DNA of 64,000 nt from Leucoraja erinacea (taxonomy: Eukaryota). The position numbers were made by a program, and so were the translations under genes. A model generated the notes under the pieces. The model was not told the origin of the DNA and searched no databases. It was given only the letters and a program-made list of their open reading frames with translations. Positions 1 through 17,666 of the stretch are shown in pieces; position 1 is the first letter of the stretch, and each line of letters opens with the position of its first letter. Where the stretch lies: the NCBI RefSeq assembly GCF_028641065.1, contig NC_073411.1:13392001-13456000 (forward strand), read 5' to 3'.

Positions 1-1299
1 TTAATTTACATTCCTTTAATCATATTTAATTTAAACGTTTAATTAACCCCTTGGCATCCAAACGGTGTTTTGCTGTCACTGACTCGATGTTCTGCCTCTG
101 GTGTACAATTAACATTACTTGCAGCCTTCTGATTGGAGCTACCATATGTACTTCTGTTGGATGTTCATGCCTCATCGTCCCATTTGTGGAGAATTCAGCA
201 CGGAAACAAGCCCTTTGGCCCAATTTGTCCACGAGGATCAAGTTGCCCCCCATTATCCCACGTTTGGCCTATATCCCCCTACACTTCAGATAGACACAAA
301 AATGCTGGAGAAACTCAGCGGGTGAGGCAGCATCTATGGAGAAAAGGAATAGGTTACATTTTGGGTCGAGACCTTTCTTCAGACTGAAAGCTGGAGTAAC
401 TCAGCGGGTCAGTCAGCATCTCTGGAGAAAAGGAATAGGTTACGTTTCAGGTCAAGACCAACACCTTTCTGATCCATGTAGGATTTGAGAGTTAGATAGA
501 GCTCTAGGGCCTAGTGGAGTTAAGGGATATGGGGAGAAGGCAGGCACGGGTTATTGATAGGGGACGATCAGCCATGATCACAATGAATGGCGGTGCTGGC
601 TCGAAGGGCTGATGGCCCCCTCCTGCACCTATTTTTCTATGTTTCTAGATGTTTGGACCAGTCTGACCTTCCCACTTGGTTCTGCTGTTTCCTACCGCAT
701 TTTGTATTATTGCATCTACTCCATTGATGAACAAACTTCACATACATTTTCAACTTTAATGTCATCGCACAAATACAAGTACATTTGACAGCTGCATTCC
801 CCCCCCCCCCCCCCCCCCCCCCCCCTCCCCTTGGTACATGTCTAAATTTGGAGGGCTGTCCAACGGAGAAACAGCAGGCTGACTCGTTAGTATTTGCAGC
901 TTCACATATCACAGATAAAATGTCAGGCTCTTCAGCCGCAATCCATTACTAAGTCTTATCTCACTTGCCTCTGGCCCACTGGAGATAATAGTACTACGGA
1001 ATACAGGGAGGAAGGAGTGGGCTTTTCAATATTGACTTTGAATCTCGTGGAGTCATCATTTCACACACGGGCTAAAACTGCCTTGTGCCATCTTCCACCA
1101 GCTGATATTTGCTGCTCTTCCAAAATTGGAAGAACCACTGAAATTTAAAAGTCCCCAAAAAATGTTGGTGGGAGACTTTAATGTCCACTAATTCTGTCCT
1201 GCCAGCACAGATTAAACTGAATGCTGAAGGACATAGCTTCCAGGATGTGTCTCCATGTGTTGAATGAACCAACACCTGAAATAAACCTTGACCATGTGC

Positions 1300-1610
1300 A
1301 TAGCAGTTGCAGGTATAACTACGTGTGGCTGTGTTGGTGCAGGTAGATGGAGGCATAGCTGCAGGTACAACTAGGTGTTGATGCAGGTATATGGCTACAT
1401 AGTGCCAGGTATAGCTAGGTGTTGGTGCAGGTATATGGCTGCATAGATGCAGGTATAACTCGGTGGTGGTGCAAGCAGACACGAAGTGCTGGGGTAACTC
1501 AGCGGGTCAGGCAGCATCTCTGAAGAAAAAGAGGAGACGTTTTGGGTTGGGACCCTATATGTCTGTGTTGGTGCAGGTATATGGCTGCATAGATGCAGGT
1601 ATAACTAGTT
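1300..1610. repeat. Degenerate ~42-bp tandem repeat interrupted by a Penelope-derived fragment
   Basis: Units like GTGTTGGTGCAGGTATATGGCTGCATAGATGCAGGTATAACT. Confidence 0.75.
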
Positions 1611-2877
1611 ATGACTGCATTGGTGTGGAGTGATTATTATGTTGTCCTAGTGGGAACAAAATTCAATGTTCTCTCCCGGGCATCCTCTAGCATGTTACGG
1701 TGAATCACCATTTGGTAGATATGATCGACTCAGTGGATTGAACAGGACCATTTCTGCTGATGGGCACCAAGTTGTTGTGGTCCATTGCGATGTGTAACGC
1801 CCAGATCCAGTATATCTCTCGCCATTCCCTCGCATTCAAGCGGGATACTAATTGACATTTAATAAAGTGTAGCGGAGCTAGCCAGGAGTGGTGGCAGCTG
1901 TAACATGCCAAACACCAGCATGCAATACGGAGTGACGTGATCTCCCAACCACTCACTGCTCTGCTATTAAAGCAAAGCAAACCTATTTATCTCTCGGTGG
2001 TACTAATTCATCTTGCCTTGTTATGAGTGTTTCACATTCAAACCGTTTAGTGTTGGTGTCACCATATTTTACCCAGTTTTGATCCTGTTTGCGGCTGCCT
2101 TCTGTCTTATTTCATACTCCGTCCCTGTCACTCTGTTTACCATTGTCCATTTTACTGCATTGCACCACTATCTGACTTTCCAAGCCCCCCACCTCCCCCA
2201 AACCCTCACCTCTCTGGCTACAGCTCTAGTTACTCGGTTTGACCAGTTTAAATCTAGTGAAGTCCACTCCAAGGAACAGAGTCCTCTTCTCAAAATAGAC
2301 ACAAAATGCTGGAGTAACTCATCGTGACAGGCAGCATCTCTGGAGAGAAGGAACGGGTGACATTTCGGGTCGAGACTTTTCTCAATACTGGTGCCAATGC
2401 CCCGCGATTTAAAACCTTTTTGATTTTCACCTCTCTTTGAGCGACACTTTCAACTGTTCTGTTTGACCCTGTGCAAGTTTGTAGGTGACTTAAGTTATAA
2501 TCCAGAACCTTCTCACATGTGCAGAATTACTCTCATTGTTAACTTATGTCAATGGTTCCAAACAACAAGATGGCTATCACGTTACCTTTCAGTCCTGCTT
2601 TCTGAATGGTCTAATTCCCTGTGCACTCCACATGCAGGCAGACAATACCGTTCACTTAATAGGCAAGGTGGCCATTCATATCTGAAGCAGTCACATCCTT
2701 CTATGACTGAGCCAATCTAGGCAGTTAGCAGTGCCTACACTGTGGGCCTTGCTCAACAAATAACTCCCCTGCTTGTATACCAGATCATCTGCAGCTCAAC
2801 TACGCCAAACCAAGGTCCTCGTGCTGCACAAGAAACCGCAGATGCTGTCATCTGGAGCGTGAAACAAACCACCGGAC

Positions 2878-2912
<35 letters not shown>

Positions 2913-5900
2913 ACGACTGAGACAGTGTCTCGACCCAAAATGCCCACCATATCATAAATGATAGGAGATTTAAGCCATTCGGCCCATCAAGTCTACTCAG
3001 CCATTCAATCATGGCTGATCTATCTCTTCCTCCTAACTCCATTCTCCTGCCTTCTCCCCATAACCTCTGACACCCGTACTAATCAAAAATATATCTATCT
3101 CTACCTTAAATATATCCGCTGACTTGCCCTCCACAGCCTTCTGTGGCATCTCTGTCTCAACAGATATTACCTGGCCTACTGAGTTCCTTCAAGTTTTGTT
3201 TTTTTTACTGTTTGATTTCATGCTGCAGTAGCTCACTGTAGAGTTAGTTGATGAGGTTCTCAATCATTCCCACCAGTGCACACATGTCAAGAATGTTTAA
3301 ATGTTAAATGCGCCGACGACAGAACAATTAAATGTTTATTTGCAGCAGTTAATCAGCACTGCCAGCCCCTTACCTGTCAAAAACACCAGGATGTCTCCCT
3401 CTGACTCATTCATGTGTATGTCCAAAGTGACACTAACAACCTCGGAGAGAGGAACAAGAAACGAAAGGCAGGAAGGGCACCGGACGGCAGTCGGTCGGAT
3501 GGCACGAGAGTTTTATATATTAATAGATAGAAGATAGATAGGTAGATAGATAGATAGATACCTTACTGTAGAAACCGTTAAAATAAATCAACTGACAACT
3601 ATGTTCCAATGAATTACCTTCACATTTATTCTATTAATTAAAATAAATAATATGCTGGTCAGGGAAATACAAACTAAAATATCAATAACCAAAAATATGG
3701 TGTTTTACTGGTGTTTCTCACACAGATGTTGAAACAACACCACTCAATAAATCAATCTTTTATAGTACCTTTAAGTATTAATTACTATGTGGGTCACCAC
3801 ACTCACTCACACAAGCCGGCAACATGAAAAACGAAACAAGAATAACCCCACGTTGCAGGCCTGGTCGAAGCTGGAGAGCGTTGCGGCCAAATACAGTTGA
3901 AGCCGACAAGTGCACAGTGCAGAAGCTCACAAGATGGCGGGCGAAAGGCACGTTGCTGGTGATGACGGCTGACGGGCGAATGGCGAGCTGCTGGCGAGTT
4001 GGCTGACCAGAGAGGACCCCATGTGGCAGAAATCTTCCTTCTACCTCGTTGTCTCCAGGGCTCAGCTAACCGCTGCTCTCACTCTCCCCGTACTCACAAA
4101 GTCCAAACGGCAACAGTCTTTAATCCACACCTCCGAGCTGAAGGGGTAGCAGCTAGGCTACGGCTAACTACGCTAATGACGGAAGGCAGCGGCAGAGAAA
4201 AAGTCTTTGAGCTCAGCATGCCGCTGCAGCTCACAGTCCAATAACCACGTTCTCTGTAAAAGTCATTATCTTACCTCACCGCGAGGAAAGATATTTAAAC
4301 TGTTTACAGACCGAGTAGGACAGTCAAAACTTGTTTTTCTCAGTCTCTGTTCTTCGTATTTCTCTCTGCTCCGCCCGGGACTTCTTCTGTGTCTCTTCTG
4401 TTCACCGATTAACCCCAATCCCCAGCTCCTGCCCCCAAACCAATCACCACACAGGAAAAATGATCTAACTCATTAACAACAAATCAAATGCATTTAAATC
4501 CATCCACATAGGTTGTATGCTGTTTACCACACATGTTCACCAAGTACACTGCAGAAAACTATTTAAAGGGGCAGTAGTGCATATCAATGTGAACCAGCTA
4601 ATGACATCAAAACACATAGTCACAGCAAAACTTATATAAATCTCTTAATAAGAAAAACTAATGAAATAGTCATGGATATGAAGTTACACAGGGCTACACA
4701 TTGAACTCTGCAAGCAGAAAGTTGCTGATCTATGAAACATCAAAGCTCCACACTATGGTTGCAGAGCAATGTATGTACTGAAGGTCCTAAGGGTATTGGA
4801 GGATGTGGCTTAAAGGAGACGCGTTGGATGAGGTTGATAATTTTTGCTGAATGGCAGCGAATTGTGGACGCAGCCCAGAACATTACACAAACCAACCTCC
4901 CTTCTATTTATATCTCACGTTGCCTCGGCAAGGCCAGCAACATAATCACGGAAGAGTCACAACCTGGCCACTCCCTCTTCTCCCATCAGGCAAAAGGTAT
5001 GGAAGTGTGAAAACGCACATCTCCAGATTCAGGGACAGATTCTTCCCAGCTGTTATCAGGCAACTGAATCTTCCTACCACAACCAGAGATCAGTGCTGAA
5101 CTGCTATCCACCTCATTGGTGACCCTCAGACTTTCCTTGATGGACTTTGCTGGCTTTACCTTGCACTAAACGTTATTCCCTTATGTACCTATACACGGTA
5201 AATGGCTCGATTGTAATCATGTCTTGTCTTTCGGCTGACTGGATAGCACGCAACAAAACATTTTCACTGTAACCCGATGCACGTGACAATAAACTAAACT
5301 GAACTGGCCAAGCTGGATCAAGAGGGCATTTTGTAGCTTCCTCAAGCTTGTGTTCTTGAAGCCAAAAGACACTGCAGCTTGCCAACAACGACTAGGGCAT
5401 CTGTAACTGAGCTCTGTGTTCCACAGGATGGTACGGTGGAGATGCAAATAATAGATGCAAAATGCTGAACACAGCTCCTTGGTAGCGTAGGGTGAAGCAG
5501 GAAGGTGGAGCACAACAGATGTTATCTTCTTAATGCAAAGGAGAATTGGACTAAATATAACTCGTTGAGCAGTGTAAATGGTGGCAGGATTGACAATGGA
5601 GATTGGAGAATAGATTGGGAATCGATGTAAAAGGAAATCCCAGAGCTGGAATAATGATCCAGAAATGAATCCAACCACACATCAGCTGGTGGCGCTTATG
5701 AATATTCCCAAGTGGAATTTTATAATTAAACTGTCCCTCTTGTGAGCCAGAAAGCTCCATGAAATGTACATCCACATTCTCAAATACTGCCAATAAACTG
5801 CAGAATCTTCCAGCTTTAAAAACAGAAGCCACAAGTTGGAATGTAGTCGAAATAACTAAACTGAGAGGTGTAACATTCTCACCCAGAGGGTGGTGGGTGT

Positions 5901-5937
5901 ATGGAATGTGCTGTCAGAGGAGGTAGTTGAGTCAGGT

Positions 5938-6217
5938 CAGGGCTCTCACTTAACTTTTTTCCCATGTTGCCAGCTGGGCAACCTCGGCAGCTTTTTAAGT
6001 TGCCAAGTTACAGTTTAGGTGGTCATTTAAGACGGCAATGTGCTTGGACGAAGTGCGTAGTTACCAGTCGGAATTATGGTCAATGATAGAGAGGGGGCCC
6101 ACTCAGAATTAAATGCTAGGTGCTTGCCAAGCCGGGCAAAATGGCATGGCTTTTAGGTTGCCCGGAGGGACTGTAGGTTGCCATTGGCACCCGGGCAACC
6201 ACTAATTTCGAGCCCTG
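5938..6217. mobile_element. Non-autonomous hAT-like MITE with 5-bp TSD, inserted in a CR1 fragment
   Basis: Termini CAGGGCTC...GAGCCCTG flanked by CAGGT on both sides (5933-5937 and 6218-6222). Confidence 0.7.
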
Positions 6218-6743
6218 CAGGTACCTATAATAACATTTAAAAAACATTGGACAGATACATAGATTGGAAAGGTTTAGAGAGGTATGGGCCAAACACGGCA
6301 GGTGGGACAAGCAGAGATGGGACATTTTGATCCTTTGGGCCGAAGGGTCTGTTCTGTACGGCATTATGTCCTAGGAAATAAAATCTGCCATTTTAATCTG
6401 GTTTACATGCAAGGTCAGAACATTGAAAATGTACTTGACAACAAACTAATCTGAACTGGCCCGGCAAGCCATCAGTTGCATCAAACCGCCACAAAAACAA
6501 CGAGAAAAAGATCCAGCAAACATCTCAGCTCATCCTTGGGCAACTTTGGTTGGGGAACGAGAAGTTGCTGAGGGGTGATTAATGCTGGGTTTGCTACATC
6601 ATCCCCACTACCTCAAAGACAAGTCTGGCGCTATTCTCCTCAGACAATGGACGAGTTGCTATTAGAGTTTGAATTTGTTGAGAGTTTCAGTGGGGGGTCG
6701 GTAACGAAGGTGATTTGCAAACTAACAAGAGAAAGAACTAAAG

Positions 6744-7313
6744 TAGGTATGTTACAAAACCTACCTGAATCGTCATTAGGAATCTGCCCTGAGCCATGTC
6801 GGCGATTTTGGCGCTGTTTGGAGGGGGCGGGTATTAAACGCGATTTTTTCTCGGCATTTGAGGGCACTAATCCAGCGCTATGTCAACGTTCTAAACCAGC
6901 GCGTTCCACATGAACCCACTAGAAAGCCGATTTAAATGGGCATTTATTTACAGCAATTGAACACTAAATTCCTTCCATTTGGCCTATAAATTAATGTAAA
7001 TTAGATATAAAAGTCATGTTATATTGTGAATTATTTGTGAATAATCTTTGGACACTTAGGCTATTTAAAAATGTTAATCTTTCCTTAAGAAATGGGCGTT
7101 TGACTATCCAAGATCACAGGTTTTTTGTAATGTCCATTGAAAATCAATAGGGAACAAGATGCTAATTTCCGAGTATGAAAATGGTCATAACGTTTTTAAT
7201 ACTTGAGATATGAAAGTTAATTTGGTGTCAAATTAAACTTATTGTTATGCTTTATCTGATGGGATAAATTGCAGACTTGATTTTTTAAATATCAAAATTT
7301 TGTAACATTGCTA
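6744..7313. mobile_element. Non-autonomous TIR DNA transposon (MITE) with 7-bp TSD
   Basis: TIR TAGGTATGTTACAAAA / TTTTGTAACATTGCTA, flanked by ACTAAAG at 6737-6743 and 7314-7320. Confidence 0.7.
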
Positions 7314-7413
7314 ACTAAAGACTTTTAACCTGGGTGAGAATTAATATTAGGCTGGACCTCTTATTAGCTGAGGATGTGCTCCTAGTTGCACCAATTCTAC
7401 CTGATGTGACGTT

Positions 7414-7780
7414 ACAGAATAATGAGAGGCATAGATAGAGTGGATGTGGAAAGGATGTTTCCACTGGTGGGAGAGTCTAGGACCAGAGGTTGTAGCCTCA
7501 GAATTAAAGGGTGCTCTTTTAGAAAGAAGGTGAGGAGGAACTTCTTTAGTCGGGGTGTAGTGAATCCGTGGAACTCATTGCCACAGAAGGCTGTGGAGGC
7601 CAAGTCAGTGGACATTTTTAAGGCAGAGATAGACAAATTCATGATTTGAACCGGTGTCGTGGGTTATGGGGAGAAGGCAGGAAAATTGGATTTTGAGGCG
7701 GAGATCAGCCATGATTGAATGGCGGAGTGGACTCGATGGGCTGAATGGCCTAATTCTACTCCTATAACTTGTGAACTTGT
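7414..7780 (+). mobile_element. CR1 LINE 3' fragment
   Basis: MRGIDRVD..MFP..SRTRG.SLRI...RRNFFSRGVVNPWNSLP plus the CR1 3' UTR. Confidence 0.85.
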
Positions 7781-9464
7781 GATAACAAACCAATGGCAGT
7801 CAACTCAAGCCAACCACACACATCCTAAATGATCATCTCTGGATCATCTAGTCTGTCCCATGGAAATGACAGTTTGTGCACTAAAATCCTGTGTTGTGCA
7901 AGATAGCCCCATCTTGTTTCAAAGAACGTATCCTTCCATGTTCTGCGGCAAAATTATGAAGTTAAAAAGAAACTAATTTGTGCACGAGTAAAGTCATTCT
8001 GTTTAAGAGAAAAATGATTCTGTCTCCAAGAGAAAAGTAAGCGAGAGACAAACCTATGCTGTTGGTTTCAGAAAAATTCACCTTTCCCCACCCACAACAC
8101 ATACTTTTAACAACACGAGTAGAGGCGAAGCTCATGCCGTGGTCTGTAGGTTGTTTTGAAACCACATTAATGCGGAAAAACAAAATACTGTAGATACTTG
8201 TCTGAGATAAAACACAAATTTGTGACCACACTGTAGTCAGTCAGCATCTGGGAGGAGAGAAGCGGTCAACATTTCAGATTCCATGAGCTTTCATCTAACC
8301 TGAGGGGAGATGAAGAAATCTTAAGATACTGAGAAGGCAAAAGTTGATATGTGATCAGAAGAGATTAAAGGGTAAAAGAGCAATGTGAGATGGATGTGGG
8401 CCCCATATCTGAGGGAGGATGTGATTGATCCCAGGGATGTCTGGATCAACGTATGATGAGCGTTTGATGGTCCTCGCTGGAGTTTAGAAGAATGAGGGGG
8501 AACCTCATTGAAACATACCAAATAGTGAAAGGTCAGCATGAGTGGATGTGGAGGGAATGCTTCCACTAGCGTGAGAATCTAGGACCAGAGGGCATAGCCT
8601 CAGAATAAAAGGACATACCTTTAAAAAGGAGATGAGGACGAATTTCTTTAATCAGACAGTGGTGAATCTGCGGAATTCATTGCCACAGACGGCTGTGGTG
8701 GCAAGTCATTGTGTAATACAGAGATGAACAGATTAGGGGAGAATGGGATTGAGAGGGAAAGATAGATCAGCCAGGATTGAATGGCGGCGTAGACTCAATG
8801 GGCCGAATGTCCTAATTCTGCTCATGTGACTTGCAAACATGGGCGAATAGAAGAAGCAAGTCTGGAGGAGGTAAAATAGAGGAAGAATACATTTATCAGA
8901 AGATACCAAAGAAAAATTAGTTTGCTGGGAATGTGAAATGGAAAAGCCGGATTTATTGATTACCTGAAAGTGTTGAGATCAAGATCTAGTCTGGATCATT
9001 GTATGAATGAAGATATGAAAGATATTCTTTGTGATCCTGTTGAACATTGTTGCAGCATTGCAGGAGGTTAAATGTCGAGGTCAGAATGGAATTGAAACGA
9101 AAGTGAGAGAGGAAGGGAGGTTTGTGGTCAGCTTTGTGGTCGACTGAAGATCTGCACAGTAGTAATTTACAAATCTGCCCTGCAGAGGAAACCGCATTGT
9201 GGGCAATTTTTTGTGTGTGTGGGGGGGGGGGGGGGCAGGGGGAGGGGAGATTGTGGGCAACAGTAACAATGGGGGGGGGGGGGGGGGGGGGGAATATAGA
9301 TTCATAATTTTTCTACCTGGAGCATTTATTGAGATTTGGCAGGGAGAAGGGAAAAAGAGAGCTCTGCATCTCTGGTAAGGGGAAAAGAATTAGAGGGGAT
9401 GTATGGGAGACCATCTTCATCGGGAGAGTGGTGAGTACCTGGAATGCACTGCCTGAGAATAGAT

Positions 9465-9686
9465 GTGTTTAAGAAGGAACTGCAGATGATGGAAAATCGA
9501 AGGTACACAAAAATGCTGGAGAAACTCAGCGGGTGCAGCAGCATCTATGGAGTGAAGGAAATAGGCAACGTTTCAAACGTTGCCTATTTCCTTCAGTCTG
9601 AAGAAGGGTTTTGGCTCGAAACGTTGCCTATTTCCTTCGCTCCATAGATGCTGCAGCACCCGCTGTGTTTCTCCAGCATTTTTGTG
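9465..9686. mobile_element. Penelope-derived fold-back insertion
   Basis: Inverted arms with a hammerhead core at 9598-9625. TSD TGCCTGAGAATAGAT at 9450-9464 and 9687-9701. Confidence 0.8.
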
Positions 9687-9894
9687 TGCCTGAGAATAGA
9701 TTACTGATCTCCATACTTTTTCCAAGATCTGCCACAGATATGAGAGGCATATTCCAGAGAGCATAGAATAATGCTATTGCATGCCATTCTTTTCCCATTG
9801 ATAGTATTGTGATTTTGAGTGCACTTCAAATTATGGTTGGGATTAGGAAGTCTACTTTGTGTAAAGAATTGATACGAGTGCATAAACGTTATAA

Positions 9895-10114
9895 AGGGCC
9901 TGTCCCACTTATGCGATTTTCTTCGGCGACTTGCCGGCACCCGTCATAGTCGCAGCAAGTCTCCCAAAATTTTCAACATGTTGAAAATCCAGCGGTGACC
10001 AGAAAAAAGTACGAGTCTTTGGGCGACTACTCACGACTTTACACGCGACCTGCTTGCGACTATGACGGGTGCCGACAAGTCGCCCAAAAAAATCGCATAA
10101 GTGGGACAGGCCCT
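9895..10114. mobile_element. PIF/Harbinger-type MITE
   Basis: 26-bp TIR AGGGCCTGTCCCACTTATGCGATTTT with TAA TSD. A partial related end lies at about 27462. Confidence 0.8.
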
Positions 10115-10245
10115 TAACTCAGTGTATCCCTTTGGCTGCTTCTCTTGATATGAGTTAACCCTCAAATAAAACATGGCAGAACTCTTGAGAGTTCCATCAA
10201 AACGCAGAGAGTGTGGCTTACATTTGTTTTTTATTGTCCCATCAG

Positions 10246-14287
<4,042 letters not shown>

Positions 14288-16620
14288 AAGTGACAAAACA
14301 AGAAACAGAAACTCCTTTACATAATCTGGAATGCAAAAATAAAAGCTGGCTGCAGTTTTATGGATTCACCTGTGCCGTTCCCAATGAATTTTATACTTGG
14401 TGAAGGGCGAGGAGTTCTCTCTGGAAGCTGAGGCTCTGGCCTTGGTTTGAGCAGTCAGCCTGCCATATATGGATGTGCATTTTGAAATATACATATTATA
14501 TAAATAATATATATATTTCTTTTTTATCGCCAGTGTCTGTGACAGCAGTCAGTTGTGCGCTGGTGATCCAGCGTTGTACCGGTCACAGGCGGAAAGGGAG
14601 GCAATAGCAACTTTGTAAGTGTTTTGTTTTGGAAATGTGATGCTTGTTTCCCTAATCTATTTATGCTGTCTGCAGTTCATCTTGTAGAGTGAGTGTGCTT
14701 TTTTATATATAGATTATATACTTGTGTCTGTATATACACATATAGAACTCAGCCTCCCCCGGTAGCACAGTTTTAGTGAATATTGTGACTCGTGGCATGG
14801 TCGACTCGGTTGCTCTGCATCTTCTGAATCTCATTGGAACTGGAGGTTCCTCTGCAGATGCAGCCTGGTGCAAATCTCTCGGCCGGCCAGCCACCCACCC
14901 ACATACCCAACTTTCTTTGGATTCCGCTGATGCCAACACTTTGGTTCTGTCCCAAGCTGCCACTCGGTTGTGTGTCCTTCCCCATCCTCCTTCTCCAGTG
15001 CATGTTTCTTGCCGGCCGCTTCCCCCCCCCCCTTTCTCACTTCACTTGAAAGCCCTTGTGGGGCTGGCCAGAAACGGGAGCCAAAAATGTGACCCGGGAT
15101 TCTTTTTTTTTTTAAGCTTCTGCCACACCACCCACTAGGGATGGACAGTACACGTTTGGTTGGTTTCTTCGTTATCGCCATCCCATCAACAAAAAGGCAT
15201 GGCTTCAGATGTAGCAAGGTCCTGCTCCAGACGGTAGAGGTCCTCCATCTGATGGTGGAGGTCCTCCATCTGATGGTAGAGATTCTCCATCTGATGGTGG
15301 AAGTCCTTCATCTGATGGTAGAGAATCTCCATCTGATGGTGGAAGTCCTTCATCTGATGGTGGAGATTCTCCATCTGATGGTGGAAGTCCTTCATCTGAT
15401 GGTGGTCTTCCATTTTCCATTGGCTGGTGGAAGTCCTCCATCGGATGGTGGAGGTCCTCCTCCAGATGGTAGAGGTCCTCCATCTGATGGTAGAGGTCCT
15501 CCATCTGATGGTAGAGGTCCTCCATCTGATGGTAGAGGTCCTCCATCTGATGGTGGAAGTCCTCCATCTGATGGTGGAGGTCTTGCATTTTCCATTGGCT
15601 GGTGGAGGTCCTCCATCTGATGGTGGAGGTCCTCCTCCAAATCTTAGAGGTCCTGTCACTGTGGTGGTACTGGTGTGCACAATCTAGAGTGAGATCCACG
15701 TCTGGCACTGCAGTCTCAAGCCTCACGTATGTGGACTGGAGCAGTACCTAGCCCCTTAGAAACTGCCCTTGCAAGTGGATGATAGGAGCTGCTGGTCCTC
15801 TACTCTGGGTGTGATTTAAACCAAATCCCTGCGGTGAGCCGATGCTGATGTGCTTCTCAATGACTAGCTTTGTGGCAGCAACCAGGAGCACGGACATAGC
15901 TGGTCTTTCACCCATTTACACATGAGCTCTGAGACTACTGTAGCAGCCATTCTACATCCTTGCTGAGGCCTAACTCCGCAGAAAGGGAGACACCACTCCA
16001 AAGTCCTCCTCAATGGGATCTTCCTCGTGCATGCAACCTTGCAGAAGCCTCAGTGGGTGTTCCTGTCTGGCTCCTGTTGTTTAATTAACTTTTGAACATT
16101 AAGAGACAACAGTGATCAGAATCGAGACCTGTCCTGTAGTGATTTTGCTCAAGGATCTTATGATGTTTCACCACCTTCTGACCCACTTGCTTGCTGCAGG
16201 TGTGTGGGCAATGGCTGGGTTGTAGCCCTGGGCGGTGGGGAGTTCTTGTCTCACTGCAGCATCTCAACACTAAGTGCTGCAACAGGCCGTGGAAAATCCC
16301 TTGTGTAGGACTGGAGTGAGTTTGTAAATAAAGCACTGCGTGTGGAAAGTGGCCTCCTGACCACTCTGCTGCCACGTCTGATGTCCATTTCCAGCCAAGG
16401 TTTAATCTCTTCCGTAAACTCGAATGGATTGATTTAAAATGAAGAAAAAACTAAGATTTGAAATGGAAAAGATAAATATACATGGTTTTTAAGTTTAAAA
16501 TAAATGATGGGGTTTTCACCGAATGATCTAGCCTCGTGTTGGTACCATGTAGTGTTCTGTCTTTTTTAACAGTGTGTTCCAATATGCAAAGTCCTTTCCT
16601 AAGCTGTGTGAATAAATTGG
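14288..16620 (+). other. Probable long 3' UTR of UBE2D4-like with alternative poly(A) signals
   Basis: AATAAA at 14338, 16499 and 16611. The ~2.3 kb stretch is AU-rich in parts and free of the interspersed repeats that saturate the introns. Confidence 0.55.
15232..15636. repeat. 21-bp minisatellite (GATGGTGGAGGTCCTCCATCT)n
   Basis: About 17 units, twice interrupted by CATTTTCCATTGGCT. Confidence 0.95.
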
Positions 16621-16945
16621 TGGCTGGTTTCTGCTCTGACTCACTTGTTGCTCATTGTCGTTATTGAGATGTAGCTTTGACCCTTCTTCTTCTTGCGTAT
16701 GGCGTGCACAGCCTAAAGTTGTAGGACAACTTGTACTATTTGATCTTATTTGATTGTGCACGCCGGGTTGATTGCATTCGTCGAAACAGTGCAGACCACG
16801 TGAAGGTTGCAATCTCCCACCCCAACTTTGACCCTCAGACCCAATAATGGAGCTAATCATTCAGCTCTGCAGTGAGAATAAGGAATAATATTCTCAAGTC
16901 AAGTGTAATTAGTAGCAAAACAGGCTTGCACACGCAGTACACATA

Positions 16946-17020
16946 CAGTGCCCTACATAATGTTTGGGACAAAGACCCATCATTTATTTATTTGACTCTG
17001 TACTCCACAATTTGAGATTT
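16946..17020 (+). mobile_element. Tc1/mariner terminal fragment
   Basis: TA|CAGTGCCCTACATAATGTTTGGGACA, a typical Tc1 TIR start. No matching right end was seen. Confidence 0.55.
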
Positions 17021-17254
17021 GAGAGGGTCCCTGGATGGTGAGAAGAGGTGAAAGGACATTAGTTGGATCTTTCTCGGTTGCAGGCAGAAGTGCCATAAAA
17101 GAGGATTGGTTGTCGAGGATGGGTCCAAATCTTGTTGGAACTGATGGAAATTGTGATGGGCGATCTGCTGAATACAAAGATTGGCGAGGCGAAAGGCAAG
17201 GACTAGGGGAGGGAGCTCTGCTCTTGTTTTGTCCAGGAGGAGAGGGCTTTTTTT

Positions 17255-17580
17255 AGCTTATTTAGTTTAGAGGTACAGCGCGGAAACAGGCCCATCGGCA
17301 CACAGAGTCTGTGTCGCCCAGTGATCCCTGCACATTAACACAAGCCTACACTCATTAGGACAGTTTACACTTACACCAAGTATACAAACCCAAACCAATG
17401 AACCTACAAACCTGTACGTCTTTGGAGTGTGGGAGGAATCCGAAGATCTCAGAGAAAACCCACGCGGTCACAGGGAGAATGCACAAACTCCGTACAGACA
17501 GCACCCGTAGTCGGGATTGAACCCGGGTCTCCGGCACTGCATTCGATGTAAGGCAGCAGCTCTACCGCTGTGCCACCGAA
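17255..17580 (-). mobile_element. tRNA-derived SINE (HE1/V-SINE-like)
   Basis: The minus strand has A/B boxes (GGTGGCACAGCGGTAGAG...CCGGGTTCAATCC), a conserved central domain (GGAGTTTGT..TTCTCCC.GTGACCGCGTGGG) and a CR1-like tail ending (CTAAA)n. Other copies lie at about 20845-21080, 23640-23830, 29365-29645, 30130-30725 and 48600-48875. Confidence 0.8.
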
Positions 17581-17666
17581 AGTCTCATTGGAACAATTCA
17601 GATGGAATGGAGAATTACAGGAGATGGGGTTGGAGGAAGTAGTCAAACCAACTGGTGTTTATTATT

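Noticed and set aside
15232-15636. CRISPR-like appearance of the palindromic repeats (also 23285-23420 and 55485-55790)
   Set aside because: There are no unique spacers and no cas genes, and the context is vertebrate. These are head-to-tail tandem repeats.
15141-15726. Heptad-repeat ORFs (MVEVLHL, HQMEDLH, PPSDGG) on both strands
   Set aside because: They are by-products of a 21-bp minisatellite, with no splice or promoter support and open in most frames.
17500-17580. tRNA-like A/B boxes
   Set aside because: This is the head of a multi-copy SINE, not a complete cloverleaf tRNA gene.
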